Part shown: one piece after another, positions 1-9,509 of the stretch
Position numbering within the stretch: the stretch's first letter is position 1
Layout of the letters: the number at the start of each line of letters is the position of its first letter
Source of the DNA: an archaeon
GTDB lineage: Archaea > Asgardarchaeota > Thorarchaeia > Thorarchaeales > Thorarchaeaceae
Direction of reading: 5' to 3'
Assembly: GCA_024276825.1 (NCBI GenBank)
Contig: JAJRWI010000010.1
Location: 32,001-96,000, forward strand
Length of the DNA: 64,000 nucleotides
Made by a program: the position numbers and the translations under genes
Notes under the pieces: generated by a model
Seen by the model: the letters and a program-made list of their open reading frames with translations, nothing else
Databases searched by the model: none
What the model was told of the DNA's origin: nothing

Positions 1-2
1 CA

Positions 3-446
3 AAGGACTTGACCTTGGGTGTCTGGGGACTCACACCATGGCTTCCAGGGTTTGTGATAAAGATTGGACAAGAGAATCTTGATAGTCTGAATGAAACAGC
101 CTTTGCTGCTGCACGAAGAGTCAGCGGGAATTACATGAACGGTACTATGAGTTCCTCATACCAACAGATTACCGTAAACGGAATCACATATGATTGCATT
201 TTGTTTAATTATCAACAAGACCAATCTTTTGGAGAACCACAGAAGACATTTCTTGCATATGATACTGAAACGGGGGTCCTTGTTGTTGCTAATACCAGCT
301 ACTCCTTTGGTGTGCCATATTCCTTTTCTATTGAGGTGACATCAATACCATATCTGACTGGAAGCAATACAACATTCTTACTCATAGCGGGAACTGCAGT
401 TATTTTGATTGTTGTAGTCATATATCTGGTCAAGCGAAGAATATGA
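3..446 (+). CDS. C-terminal part of a membrane-anchored hypothetical protein (5'-truncated by the window)
   Basis: The frame is open from position 3. It ends in a hydrophobic helix followed by a basic stop-transfer tail (KRRI). Confidence 0.7.
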   Translation, partial: KDLTLGVWGLTPWLPGFVIKIGQENLDSLNETAFAAARRVSGNYMNGTMSSSYQQITVNGITYDCILFNYQQDQSFGEPQKTFLAYDTETGVLVVANTSYSFGVPYSFSIEVTSIPYLTGSNTTFLLIAGTAVILIVVVIYLVKRRI

Positions 447-449
447 GGA

Positions 450-1055
450 ATGGTTATGACTGTTGAAACCCATCTGTTCAGAGGAGGGTCTTTGAGTAGG
501 TGGGTTTCTATATCCTCACTGATGACAGCGTTGGCACTGGTAGGGAATTATGCCCTTGTGATTGTCCCAAATGTAGAGTTAGGGTCAACAGTATTGTTTC
601 TAACCGCCTATGTCTTCGGCCTATCCATGGGACTATGGTGTGCCTTGTTGACATCAGTAATTTTTGCAGCAATCAATCCTTGGGGCGGATTCATCCCAGA
701 GATATGGCTGGCACAGCTTGCAGGATGGACATTCATGGTATTAATAGGTGCCCTGCTTGGAAGGGCTGATGGTAGTGAGGACAAAACATCTAGTACAATC
801 ACATTCTTTGTCGCAGGAGTCGTTGTCACTGTGTTCTTTGATCTGGTGACCAATCTTGGATATTCGCTGGCATTTGGCGTCCCATATGTTATTGCGCTGA
901 TCACTGGAGCCCCATTTATGGCAGTTCATGTACTATCAAATGGAATACTGTTCTCACTGACAATACCACAACTTCATAGTATAATTTCTACAGAGAGTCT
1001 TGCAAGCAGCTGGAATGCTGAGAATGAATACATTGAAGTTGATTCCGAAGATTAA
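450..1055 (+). CDS. ECF transporter S-component-like membrane protein
   Basis: About 6 TM helices; 'ALALVGNYAL-VIVPNVE' N-terminal motif and 'FFDLVTN...H' pattern typical of S components. Confidence 0.65.
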   Translation: MVMTVETHLFRGGSLSRWVSISSLMTALALVGNYALVIVPNVELGSTVLFLTAYVFGLSMGLWCALLTSVIFAAINPWGGFIPEIWLAQLAGWTFMVLIGALLGRADGSEDKTSSTITFFVAGVVVTVFFDLVTNLGYSLAFGVPYVIALITGAPFMAVHVLSNGILFSLTIPQLHSIISTESLASSWNAENEYIEVDSED

Positions 1056-1095
1056 AAATACTGAGCTGAAATTCAAGACTGGAGTGTTGTGTCAG

Positions 1096-1737
1096 TTGTC
1101 TTGGAGAGATGAATGCATCAGGATTGTGGAGGCTGCAAACGGAAAGGTAGCCCCTTCGTTTGGCCCCCATCATGCAGCAGTGGCCCTTCTGATAATTGGA
1201 AGACAGCAGCCAATTGGTAGATACGAGCTGTGTGATAATCTGTCAATTGGTGAGGGAAGTGCCCGAACTCTACTAAAACGCCTTAATGATGCTGGATACA
1301 TAAATGCTGATGGTAAACAAGGACAGAGACTAACAAACAAGGGACAGAAACTGTTTGATGAGATGTCAATGGACATCCCATTAGGTCTTTTTTTGGAGTT
1401 GAAGGAACTGGTTGTCTATGATTATGCCTATGCATTCTTAGTCAAGAGGAAGGCAAATCTGGTGACTGATGGAGTACGGCAGAGAGATGAAGCAATCATC
1501 AAGGGAGGATATGGAAGGTCTGGCAGCACAACACTGATCCACAAGAATGGTTTCCTTGTCATGCCCCCTGATGACTTCAATGTCTTGTTGGGCAGTGAGG
1601 AAGAGGCCCTGTTGATAATCAATAGTCTTAGACCTGAAGACAATGATGTCATTGTGATTGGGTCAGCAGACAATAAGAACCTTGCCAGGGAGGTTGCGAT
1701 GGCCTCTGTGATGACCCTATTTGAAGGCGAGAGATAA
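1096..1737 (+). CDS. DUF4443/DUF2111-type winged-helix protein
   Basis: 'PIGRYELCDNLSIGEGSARTLLKRL' wHTH and 'GVRQRDEAIIKG' motif. The start is probably TTG 1096, after GGAGTG; the ORF track starts at 1000. Confidence 0.7.
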   Translation: MSWRDECIRIVEAANGKVAPSFGPHHAAVALLIIGRQQPIGRYELCDNLSIGEGSARTLLKRLNDAGYINADGKQGQRLTNKGQKLFDEMSMDIPLGLFLELKELVVYDYAYAFLVKRKANLVTDGVRQRDEAIIKGGYGRSGSTTLIHKNGFLVMPPDDFNVLLGSEEEALLIINSLRPEDNDVIVIGSADNKNLAREVAMASVMTLFEGER

Positions 1738-2543
1738 TGCAGACTGACCTTTTTGGAAATGTTCCTGAGATTGTGATTGATGTTCATGAGACCAAAGGAA
1801 AGAGGATGAATTCTGTCAAGCATCTCATGTCCATGTTGGATAAGGCAGGAGTGAAATATATTGTCGAAAAGATCCCTGTGGGCGATATCCTTGGGATGAA
1901 TGGGATTGCAATTGAAAGAAAAACTGTGAATGACCTTGTTGGTACGCTAAAGGGCAGTACGATAGGAGTTCCGCGTCTCAAGAGGCAGGTTGAGGGACTT
2001 CTTCAATACGAGAAACCATATCTCTTAATTGAGGACATTCTTGCCATTAGACGAGACCCATCTAAAGGGTGCATTTACATTCCTTTCTCAACAAAGCAGA
2101 CCAAGGGCAAGGGATATTATGTGACCCTTGAACATGTGAGATTCATTCACCCCAGTTCATTGGATGGCCTTATCAATAGCATCAGAGAGATGGGCGTGGA
2201 GATACTGGAGGGCTTTAATGCATTGCATTCTGCAGGACTGCTTTATGGTATCATCATGGAGGAGTCCAAAAAGAAGGAGAGCAGTGATCAGAGGCTCCCC
2301 ATAATCAGGACGAGAAAGGGAATCGAGTCATCAAGCGATGAACAGGAGTTCTTTATTGCTGGCATCCCTGGGGTAAATGTTATTCGGGCAAGAATGTTGC
2401 TGAAAAAGTTTGGTTCACCCATCGAGGTCATCAACAGACTCGATGAGTGGACACAGATCTCAGGAATTGGTCCAAAGACTGTGATAGCTGCAAAGAGGTT
2501 GCTCTTCAATGAGTACGAGTCCGACAACGATATTGGTAATTAG
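1737..2543 (+). CDS. xpf: Short-form XPF/ERCC4 structure-specific endonuclease with tandem HhH
   Basis: 'IDVHE', 'VGDI', 'IERKTVND' (ERKxxxD nuclease motif); C-terminal 'IPGVN...ISGIGPK' HhH2. Confidence 0.85.
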   Translation: MQTDLFGNVPEIVIDVHETKGKRMNSVKHLMSMLDKAGVKYIVEKIPVGDILGMNGIAIERKTVNDLVGTLKGSTIGVPRLKRQVEGLLQYEKPYLLIEDILAIRRDPSKGCIYIPFSTKQTKGKGYYVTLEHVRFIHPSSLDGLINSIREMGVEILEGFNALHSAGLLYGIIMEESKKKESSDQRLPIIRTRKGIESSSDEQEFFIAGIPGVNVIRARMLLKKFGSPIEVINRLDEWTQISGIGPKTVIAAKRLLFNEYESDNDIGN

Positions 2544-2629
2544 TCGGACCTCTTTGGACCATCTCGATATGCTTAAAAAGACTTGAACTATTCTATGGTT
2601 GTAAAATAGTTCAATGATGGTGAGTATTC

Positions 2630-3715
2630 ATGGGCGATATTCGAGTAGCAATTGCAGGTCTTGGCAATTGTGCATCTGCATTGATTCAAGGAGTACATTA
2701 TTACAGAGATGCCAAAGCTAATGAAGAGATTCCTGGTCTCATGCACGTCGATTTTGGCGGTTACTATCCAAAGGATCTCAAGTTTGTAGTGGCATTTGAG
2801 GCTAACAGAAAGAAAATTGGATTGGACATTGCTGATGCAATATGGGTTGAGCCAAACTGCTGTGCTAAATTCTGTCCTGATGTTCCGAAAACTGGTGCAA
2901 AGGTGTTGCCTGGTCCCATCTCTGATGGAGTGGCGCCCCATATGAGAGAGTCATTCTTTGCTCACAATGAGGATGTTGACCTCTCATTTGTTGTAGAACA
3001 TCTTGAGAAGTCAAAAGCGGATGTTTTAATCAACTATCTGCCAGTGGGCAGTGCCAAGGGTTCAAGACTGTATGCACAAGCCGCTCTTGATGCAGGAATA
3101 GCATTCATCAATGCAATTCCCGAGTTTATAGTTTCTGACCCGAATAGCCCATATGCACAAGCTTTCGAGAAGAAGGGCATCCCTTGTGCCGGCGATGATA
3201 TCAAGAGTCAACTTGGAGCGACCATCCTTCACAGAGTTTTAGCCCAACTCTTTGACAAGCGTGGTCTCATCTTGCAGAACACATATCAGTTGAATATTGG
3301 CGGAAACACGGACTTCGAAAATATGCAGGTTGAGAACAGACTGTCCTCAAAGAGAATTAGCAAGACAGAGGCGGTCACAAGCTGTGTGAAGTACGAGCTC
3401 CCAACAAAGATTGGACCAAGTGACTATGTCCCATTCCTTGGAGACAATAAGGTGTGCTACATCAGCATGAGGTCCAGAGCTTTCGGAGACCTGCCAATCA
3501 ACTTGGATCTAAAACTCTCAGTTCAAGACTCGCCCAATAGTGCTGGGGTCATCATTGATGTTGTAAGAGCCATCAAGATTGCTCTTGACAGAAGTATTGG
3601 TGGTGAACTGTCCAGCATCAGCTCTTACAGCTTCAAGCACCCACGTTTTCAGATTGATGATTTTGAAGCCAGAAAAAGAGTAGATGAGTTTATTGAGGGT
3701 AAGAGAGAGCGCTAG
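2630..3715 (+). CDS. ino1: Myo-inositol-1-phosphate synthase
   Basis: 'GLGNCASALIQG', 'INYLPVGS', 'GDDIKSQLGAT', 'YQLNIGGNTDF', 'DSPNSAG'. Confidence 0.95.
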   Translation: MGDIRVAIAGLGNCASALIQGVHYYRDAKANEEIPGLMHVDFGGYYPKDLKFVVAFEANRKKIGLDIADAIWVEPNCCAKFCPDVPKTGAKVLPGPISDGVAPHMRESFFAHNEDVDLSFVVEHLEKSKADVLINYLPVGSAKGSRLYAQAALDAGIAFINAIPEFIVSDPNSPYAQAFEKKGIPCAGDDIKSQLGATILHRVLAQLFDKRGLILQNTYQLNIGGNTDFENMQVENRLSSKRISKTEAVTSCVKYELPTKIGPSDYVPFLGDNKVCYISMRSRAFGDLPINLDLKLSVQDSPNSAGVIIDVVRAIKIALDRSIGGELSSISSYSFKHPRFQIDDFEARKRVDEFIEGKRER

Positions 3716-3747
3716 TTAGACTAGGCGCTCCCAATTCCTCTTTTTTC

Positions 3748-4890
3748 CTATTCAAGCGCAGTAAAGCTGGCAACCGTCTTCTCATCCAGTCTTTTTATCA
3801 CCTCTACAAGAAGGGTGATTGCATTCTCAACATCAGAAAGATCGAGAATGCCATGGTGAGAATGGATATGCCTTGTTGGAATTCCAAGAAATAATGAGGG
3901 GCAACCTGCACCTGCAAATTGAATCATTCCTGCATCAGTGCCACCCGATTTTAGAAAGGCAGGCTGATACCGTATACCAATTTCTTCTGCGACATCAAGA
4001 ACAAACCTCCGTAATCGGGGATTGGGAATCATTGAGGCATCACCAGCTGATATTGCCACACCCTTGCCCATCTTCTGAACCAAACCCTCAACACCAGGAA
4101 CATCACCTGATATGTCAACATCCAATGAGAAACCAACATCAGGTATTAACATTTGAGAGGAGGTCCTTGCTCCCCTGAGCCCAACTTCTTCCTGAGTTGT
4201 TGTCACACCAAATACAATATTGGGGTGATCAATGTTCTCCTCCTTGAGCCTTCGAAGTACTTCCAAGAGTATGAAGACACCAATTCTGTCATCGAATGCT
4301 TTTGCCACAGCAAGGGTGACTTCACGAACTTCTTCCTTGGCATTTTCGTCATTCTCCTTCTTCTCCTTGCGTATTCTCTTTAGCAAGCGAAACTCGGAAT
4401 AGGGCACAGCAGGATCGCCAATTCTGATTCCAAGTTCTTTGACCTCCTCTTCGGAACTCGCACCAATATCAATAAACATCTTGTCTTTTGTGACTACTTT
4501 GTTTCTAGCCTCAGGGCTGAGAACATGAGGTGGTGGTGCACCAATCACACCAATGATTAGATCATCACTATTTGAGGGTTTGATGACAACCTCTTGCGTA
4601 AGCAGGGTCTGGTCCCACCAGCCACCGATCTGGTGGAATCTAAGAAATCCATTCTTCTCAATATGGGTTATCACAAAGCCAATCTCATCAATGTGGCCAG
4701 CTAGCATTATCTTAGGGCCAGAAGTCCCTTTCTGAAGGACCACAGAACCTAATCGGTCATAGAGAACCTTATCCGCAAATTTAGCCCCATAATCACGAGC
4801 GATCTTTTGTGCCTCATGCTCATGGCCGCTGGGGCCAAAAGCATTGCAAAGTTTCTTCAATAGATCAAGGTCCATATTCATTTCAGACAT
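3748..4890 (-). CDS. M42 family (TET) aminopeptidase
   Basis: 'GHIDEIG', 'KAFDDRIG', 'QEEVGLRGA', 'GGTDAG', 'RHIHS'. Confidence 0.95.
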   Translation of the reverse strand: MSEMNMDLDLLKKLCNAFGPSGHEHEAQKIARDYGAKFADKVLYDRLGSVVLQKGTSGPKIMLAGHIDEIGFVITHIEKNGFLRFHQIGGWWDQTLLTQEVVIKPSNSDDLIIGVIGAPPPHVLSPEARNKVVTKDKMFIDIGASSEEEVKELGIRIGDPAVPYSEFRLLKRIRKEKKENDENAKEEVREVTLAVAKAFDDRIGVFILLEVLRRLKEENIDHPNIVFGVTTTQEEVGLRGARTSSQMLIPDVGFSLDVDISGDVPGVEGLVQKMGKGVAISAGDASMIPNPRLRRFVLDVAEEIGIRYQPAFLKSGGTDAGMIQFAGAGCPSLFLGIPTRHIHSHHGILDLSDVENAITLLVEVIKRLDEKTVASFTALE

Positions 4891-4964
4891 AATAATTACT
4901 CCCTTGAAATGACTGGCATTAGGACTGACAAGACCCTAGTTATGTATAGTGGTCTTATCAAAAA

Positions 4965-5495
4965 CTAGGAGAGTGTCGCCTTGGCGAGCATCTTGAATGC
5001 TTCGTGAACATTTTCTCCTGTCAGCGCACTTGTTTCAAGGTATCCCATCAGATTGTGAGCCTCAACGAATTGCCTGCCCATATCTTCAGTTATCACACGA
5101 TCCTCAACAAGATCAACCTTGTTTGCAATCAGAATGATTGGAATTCGCTGATTCAACGCGCTCTCGGTTTCTTCGATCCATTTTGGCAGCTCCTTGAATG
5201 TGCTCTTACGAGTCACGTCAAACACCAACAGTGCACCCTTAGACCCTTTGTAATAAGAACTACGAATGAAGTCGAACCTCTCCTGTCCAGCAAGGTCCCA
5301 CACGAGAAGCTTCACCTTTAGAGGGTTTCCTGTAGAGTCAGTGACCTCTACCACTTTTACAGCGAATTGCGAACCTATTGTGACTATATATTTGTCTGAG
5401 AATTTATTAGTCAGGAACCTGTTGACAATGGCGGTCTTTCCACTGCCCCCAGCTCCTATCATCACTACTTTTCGCATCAGGTCAAATTCAGACAT
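4965..5495 (-). CDS. Rab-like small GTPase
   Basis: G1 GAGGSGKT, G2 TIG, G3 WDLAGQERF, G4 NKVD, G5 ETSAL. Confidence 0.95.
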   Translation of the reverse strand: MSEFDLMRKVVMIGAGGSGKTAIVNRFLTNKFSDKYIVTIGSQFAVKVVEVTDSTGNPLKVKLLVWDLAGQERFDFIRSSYYKGSKGALLVFDVTRKSTFKELPKWIEETESALNQRIPIILIANKVDLVEDRVITEDMGRQFVEAHNLMGYLETSALTGENVHEAFKMLAKATLS

Positions 5496-5709
5496 ATTTA
5501 GTAGACCACCAGTTTATTGAGTAGCAAGTCAGTTATTCAAAGGTTCGTGTCAAAACAACAAACCCCGAAGTATTTAGGCTTTTTTTGATGTTATGAATGA
5601 ATCTCTCATAAATAGAGATAGGCGCGATTCTTCAATATTATTGGTTCATGTACGAAGGTATTAAATCAATTGCATTTAATTCTGAATACACGCCCGGGAG
5701 GACTCTCAA

Positions 5710-5883
5710 ATGATAATTATTACAGTAAAGATGAGCGACATCTATGTTAAGGGACTTGACAAACTTGTAGAACTCGGCCTATATCCTTCAAGGTCAGAGG
5801 CGATCAGAGTAGCAATTCGTGACTTGCTGAGAAGAGAATTATGGGTTGATGGAAATCCAATGAATCTTGAAAGAGAAATGTGA
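5710..5883 (+). CDS. Ribbon-helix-helix regulator (CopG/CdrS-like), 57 aa, not in the ORF track
   Basis: Manual translation: MIIITVKMSDIYVKGLDKLVELGLYPSRSEAIRVAIRDLLRRELWVDGNPMNLEREM*. GGAGG RBS upstream. Confidence 0.9.
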   Translation: MIIITVKMSDIYVKGLDKLVELGLYPSRSEAIRVAIRDLLRRELWVDGNPMNLEREM

Positions 5884-5961
5884 TATCAGTCGCCATAAGA
5901 CACTTTAAGAAAGCATCAATGAATAGAAGCAAGTCGCGCCAGTAATTGGAGGCTTCTAGTA

Positions 5962-6492
5962 ATGAACTTTAGAGTATTGCTGAAAAGTATGAAATTCGCC
6001 TTTCGCGCCAAGAAGCGTGTCTTTACGTTCATGGTCATTTATGCGATTCTTCTATTAATAGTTGGAAACGAGTTAGAGGCCGCAGGGTCAAACTTTGCAG
6101 CTGCAATACCATGGCTCGGAGTAGCTTTTATTGTATCGACTCTTTATGCATTGCTGATCGCGCAGTTTAGAAGAAGGGATATTGCAATATTGAAATGTGT
6201 TTCTTGGGGAAACTCAGAGATAATGTTGTTGCTCGTAGGAGAGGTCATTCTCGTAGCCTTTGCAGCATTCCTGCTCATTTTCCAATTGAGTGTTGAGATT
6301 CTGGGAATTGCCACATATTTCTATATTCAGAACACACCAATGATAATTCAACTGCAGAGCATGATTGCACTCGAGCCAAATGCCCTGTTCACAAGCATGT
6401 TTTGGGTGGTGATTATGCAGGTGTTTGGACTTCTCATTGCCCAAGCAAGAGCAGGGATGATTCCGCCAATGAGAGCGTTGAGGGAGGAATGA
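5962..6492 (+). CDS. Minimal FtsX/MacB-type ABC permease
   Basis: 'RRRDIAILKCVSW...I...EV' FtsX motif and C-terminal 'PMRALREE'. No extracellular domain. Confidence 0.8.
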   Translation: MNFRVLLKSMKFAFRAKKRVFTFMVIYAILLLIVGNELEAAGSNFAAAIPWLGVAFIVSTLYALLIAQFRRRDIAILKCVSWGNSEIMLLLVGEVILVAFAAFLLIFQLSVEILGIATYFYIQNTPMIIQLQSMIALEPNALFTSMFWVVIMQVFGLLIAQARAGMIPPMRALREE

Positions 6493-7181
6493 AGATGGCA
6501 AACCCAATAATTCAAGTACAGGGCGTCCATAAGGAATATGGACGCGGAAAGAAGACAGTTCATGCTCTCAAAAACATAAACATTGAGATTATGCCAGGAG
6601 AGTTTGTGGCAGTGGTGGGGCCGTCAGGATGTGGTAAGAGTACACTACTCCATGTAATGGCAGGTCTGGAACAACCCACTGATGGTCGTGTGCTTCTTGA
6701 TGGTGTTGATGTCACACTCATAAGTGAGCGAGATCTTCCCAAGGTCAGGGCGCAAAAGATCGGGTTTGTGTTTCAAGCATTTCTACTGATTGAGGACCTC
6801 ACAGCATATGAGAATGTGGAGGCTGTTCTTTGGCCCATTAAGGACCTATCAAAGGCAAAGCAGGAAGACATGACTTTAGATGTGCTACGTGAGGTTGACA
6901 TGTTGGAACGTAGAGATCACTTCCCACGCCAGATGAGCGGCGGCGAGCAACAAAGAGTCGCCATTGCACGGGCTCTAGTGAACAACCCACCTATTCTGTT
7001 CTGTGACGAGCCCACTGGAAATCTGGACTCCAAGACTGGAGAGAGCATTCTTAAGATTATATCGCGACTGAATAAAGAGAAGGGTATGACTGTGGTGTTG
7101 GTGACTCATAATGAGGAACTCACGAAGTACGCTAAACGGGTCTTGAGAATGAAGGATGGAGCCATAATCTCTGACAGATAG
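6489..7181 (+). CDS. ABC ATPase, LolD/FtsE/MacB type
   Basis: GPSGCGKST, MSGGEQQRVAIARAL, DEPTGNLD, VTH. The start ATG at 6489 overlaps the upstream TGA (ATGA). Confidence 0.92.
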   Translation: MKMANPIIQVQGVHKEYGRGKKTVHALKNINIEIMPGEFVAVVGPSGCGKSTLLHVMAGLEQPTDGRVLLDGVDVTLISERDLPKVRAQKIGFVFQAFLLIEDLTAYENVEAVLWPIKDLSKAKQEDMTLDVLREVDMLERRDHFPRQMSGGEQQRVAIARALVNNPPILFCDEPTGNLDSKTGESILKIISRLNKEKGMTVVLVTHNEELTKYAKRVLRMKDGAIISDR

Positions 7182-7225
7182 AACAAAACCGGGCCCAGCA
7201 ATGCGTGTTCAAGAGTGTGGCGTAA

Positions 7226-8065
7226 ATGGGAACAGCTGCATGCAAGGATACGGAAGGACTCGCCGAAGAGATGGCCAAAACAGGTGAGAATAGGCGTGCA
7301 ATGGTCCTTTTTACCAAGAGTGCAGATTGTTGGACCCGGTGGGAGTCTTTCTCAAAGGCCGCCCATGCATTTGAGAGAGCATATGAGCATGCAATGCTAG
7401 TTCAGGAATACGCAATGGGGGCCGAGTTCATTCAGAAGGCCGCTATGTCATGGATTAGGCATGGTGAATATGACAAGTTTGAGTTTAACTATCAAGTGGC
7501 TTCGGACGCCTATATTCTGGCCGCTGAAGCCGAAAAAAAACCGAAACGGTTTATTGATGGGGCATTTTGTGCCATTGTAGGTGGTGACCTAGATATGGCA
7601 AGGCAGTTGATATACGCTGCCATGGCCACTACCAAAGGGCAATTCAAAGAGTTGATTAATCTTGCATTGATGCTGGCCGAATATCATTTTGGTGAAGCTG
7701 ACCTCTACATTAAGGCGGCCATAGCAAGAGTGTTGGACAGGGATGGAGTTCAAAAGATACTGCAGATCTTCAATCTAATCTTCGCAGGATTTGTAAGAAC
7801 CACCTTGGAGTCCGAAGCTGCAGTCACTATTGGTAATCTAGTTGAGAGCACCGGGATGAACTATAAACGCATTCGTGAGTTGGTGAAAGAGTGCATAAAG
7901 AAAGGCTTTATTCCGGCCTCACTTGACGATGAAACTGAAGAGTTGGTTGTTGATCCCGACAGGTATGATTTGGAGAGTCTTACAAGAAGAAAGGGGCCAA
8001 TTCTAAGCAGGAGCTTGAAAGACCCGGGAGCGTGGGACATAGAACCAGACGAGAAGGGGGATTAG
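7226..8065 (+). CDS. TPR/SNAP-like helical repeats plus C-terminal PCI-like winged helix
   Basis: Repeated 'AA..F..A' helices. The C-terminal 'VTIGNLVESTGMNYKRIRELVKECIKKGFIPASLDDETEELVV' matches the PCI pattern. Confidence 0.65.
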   Translation: MGTAACKDTEGLAEEMAKTGENRRAMVLFTKSADCWTRWESFSKAAHAFERAYEHAMLVQEYAMGAEFIQKAAMSWIRHGEYDKFEFNYQVASDAYILAAEAEKKPKRFIDGAFCAIVGGDLDMARQLIYAAMATTKGQFKELINLALMLAEYHFGEADLYIKAAIARVLDRDGVQKILQIFNLIFAGFVRTTLESEAAVTIGNLVESTGMNYKRIRELVKECIKKGFIPASLDDETEELVVDPDRYDLESLTRRKGPILSRSLKDPGAWDIEPDEKGD

Positions 8066-8152
8066 ATTCCGCATGGATTTATTTAATTGGGGAAATCTTT
8101 TTAGTAAGAATGTGAACAACTGCAACAAGCTTGAATAGTACAGGTGTAAATA

Positions 8153-8359
8153 ATGTCGGAAGGACCTAAGTGGCTTCAATGTCCAATATGTAAAGAGTCC
8201 TTCAATTGGGAGCTACCAGTTGAAGCTTTAAAGAAAGTGAAACGATTTCCAGCACCTGTGATAATTAAGCACAAGGACCATTACTTAATCTGCTATCTTG
8301 ATAGTCATTATCAACTGGCAGACACTGAAGTGGCAGCTGCAATGGTCGAATCAGAGTAG
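8153..8359 (+). CDS. Small putative Zn-binding protein (CxxC...HxxH)
   Basis: 'CPICK...FPAPVIIKHKDHYLICYLD'; AGGTG RBS upstream. Confidence 0.7.
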   Translation: MSEGPKWLQCPICKESFNWELPVEALKKVKRFPAPVIIKHKDHYLICYLDSHYQLADTEVAAAMVESE

Positions 8360-8360
8360 A

Positions 8361-8927
8361 TCACAAATTTTGCAGGTCATTATCCAATGCCCATTCGAGC
8401 ACGCGTGATGCTTGAGAACTTGCCATGCCCCAAGTCTTTAGATTGTTCACAAGATCATTAATTCCATTCACCCAGTCGGTGAGAACACTCTTTATTCTTA
8501 GACGAATATTAACATCCGCAACCTCTCTATAGAAGGGAAGGAGCTTGTCCACGAGGCTCTGTGACAGGACGAGTATGGTTTCCAAGCGGGCAATCCATTC
8601 TTCTCTTGGAAGTCCTGTTAGAGTGTTGGCCACCGCGAGATGATAGTCATAGAGTGCGGTGAAATATCTTAGACGCCATGCTAGTACTTCAACCAATAAA
8701 ATTCTATGGGAGTTTGATGGTGCAGTCTTGATTAGAAGTGTCAGGAAACGTTCGGTCATCTCATCGGCAGACTGACTAGCATCGTAGAACAGGGCCATGG
8801 CCTGCTGGTATTCCTGTTCCATAAGAAGCTGGTTCGCCTTGGATGTTGCAAGTTGGAACTTCTCAACAAGGTCTCTTGTAGAACTACCATAGCTGGAGGC
8901 CTCGTTGGACTCATCACTCTTAGTCAT
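8361..8927 (-). CDS. Hypothetical all-helical protein
   Basis: 188-aa ORF with an RBS, co-oriented with the upstream operon. Confidence 0.65.
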   Translation of the reverse strand: MTKSDESNEASSYGSSTRDLVEKFQLATSKANQLLMEQEYQQAMALFYDASQSADEMTERFLTLLIKTAPSNSHRILLVEVLAWRLRYFTALYDYHLAVANTLTGLPREEWIARLETILVLSQSLVDKLLPFYREVADVNIRLRIKSVLTDWVNGINDLVNNLKTWGMASSQASRVLEWALDNDLQNL

Positions 8928-8938
8928 CTTAAAGTCCT

Positions 8939-9376
8939 CTAACGCCTTACATCAAGTTGTTCAGTTTCCACGTTAATAACAGCATCCTGCGTTTCAAGCC
9001 ATTTTGAGTACATTATAATCTGCTCTTTGTTGTCCGTTTCAAAATAGACCTCTAGGAAGCAGTTACTTCGTACCGTGCAAACACCACTTGTATAGACAAT
9101 AACAAGTTCAAATTCTCTCAACTTTTTGTGTATGTTCTTTACAACACTGTGAAACTTGTCGAGATCCAGATTGATACGCATGAACCAGACTTCATCCTTC
9201 GTAATGGGAAAAAGACGAATTATTCTACTTTCTGATGCCACAAGTAAAAGTCTATCACCATCACTCAACCCAGTAGAGTCTTGTATCTCTCTAATACTAA
9301 GAAAGCCATCCTTCACTGTAAGGACTGACCCTTTGGTAATCTCGACCATGTTTTCATCCCATTCCTGATATGGCAT
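8939..9376 (-). CDS. Hypothetical protein, AbrB-like N-terminus plus ACT-like domain
   Basis: 'VLTVKDGFLSIREIQDSTGLSDGDRLLL' is AbrB-like; the C-terminus has a ferredoxin-like pattern. Confidence 0.5.
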   Translation of the reverse strand: MPYQEWDENMVEITKGSVLTVKDGFLSIREIQDSTGLSDGDRLLLVASESRIIRLFPITKDEVWFMRINLDLDKFHSVVKNIHKKLREFELVIVYTSGVCTVRSNCFLEVYFETDNKEQIIMYSKWLETQDAVINVETEQLDVRR

Positions 9377-9509
9377 TTGAAACTTCCACAGCTTTTATTG
9401 ACATCTCCATATAGAACGTAATAGGCAACTGTTCTTTTTTCATGTAAATATGGAATCATTTTCCCTAAAACAAATCTGGGATGTCTTCATAAAAAACAGG
9501 TGTGTTACA

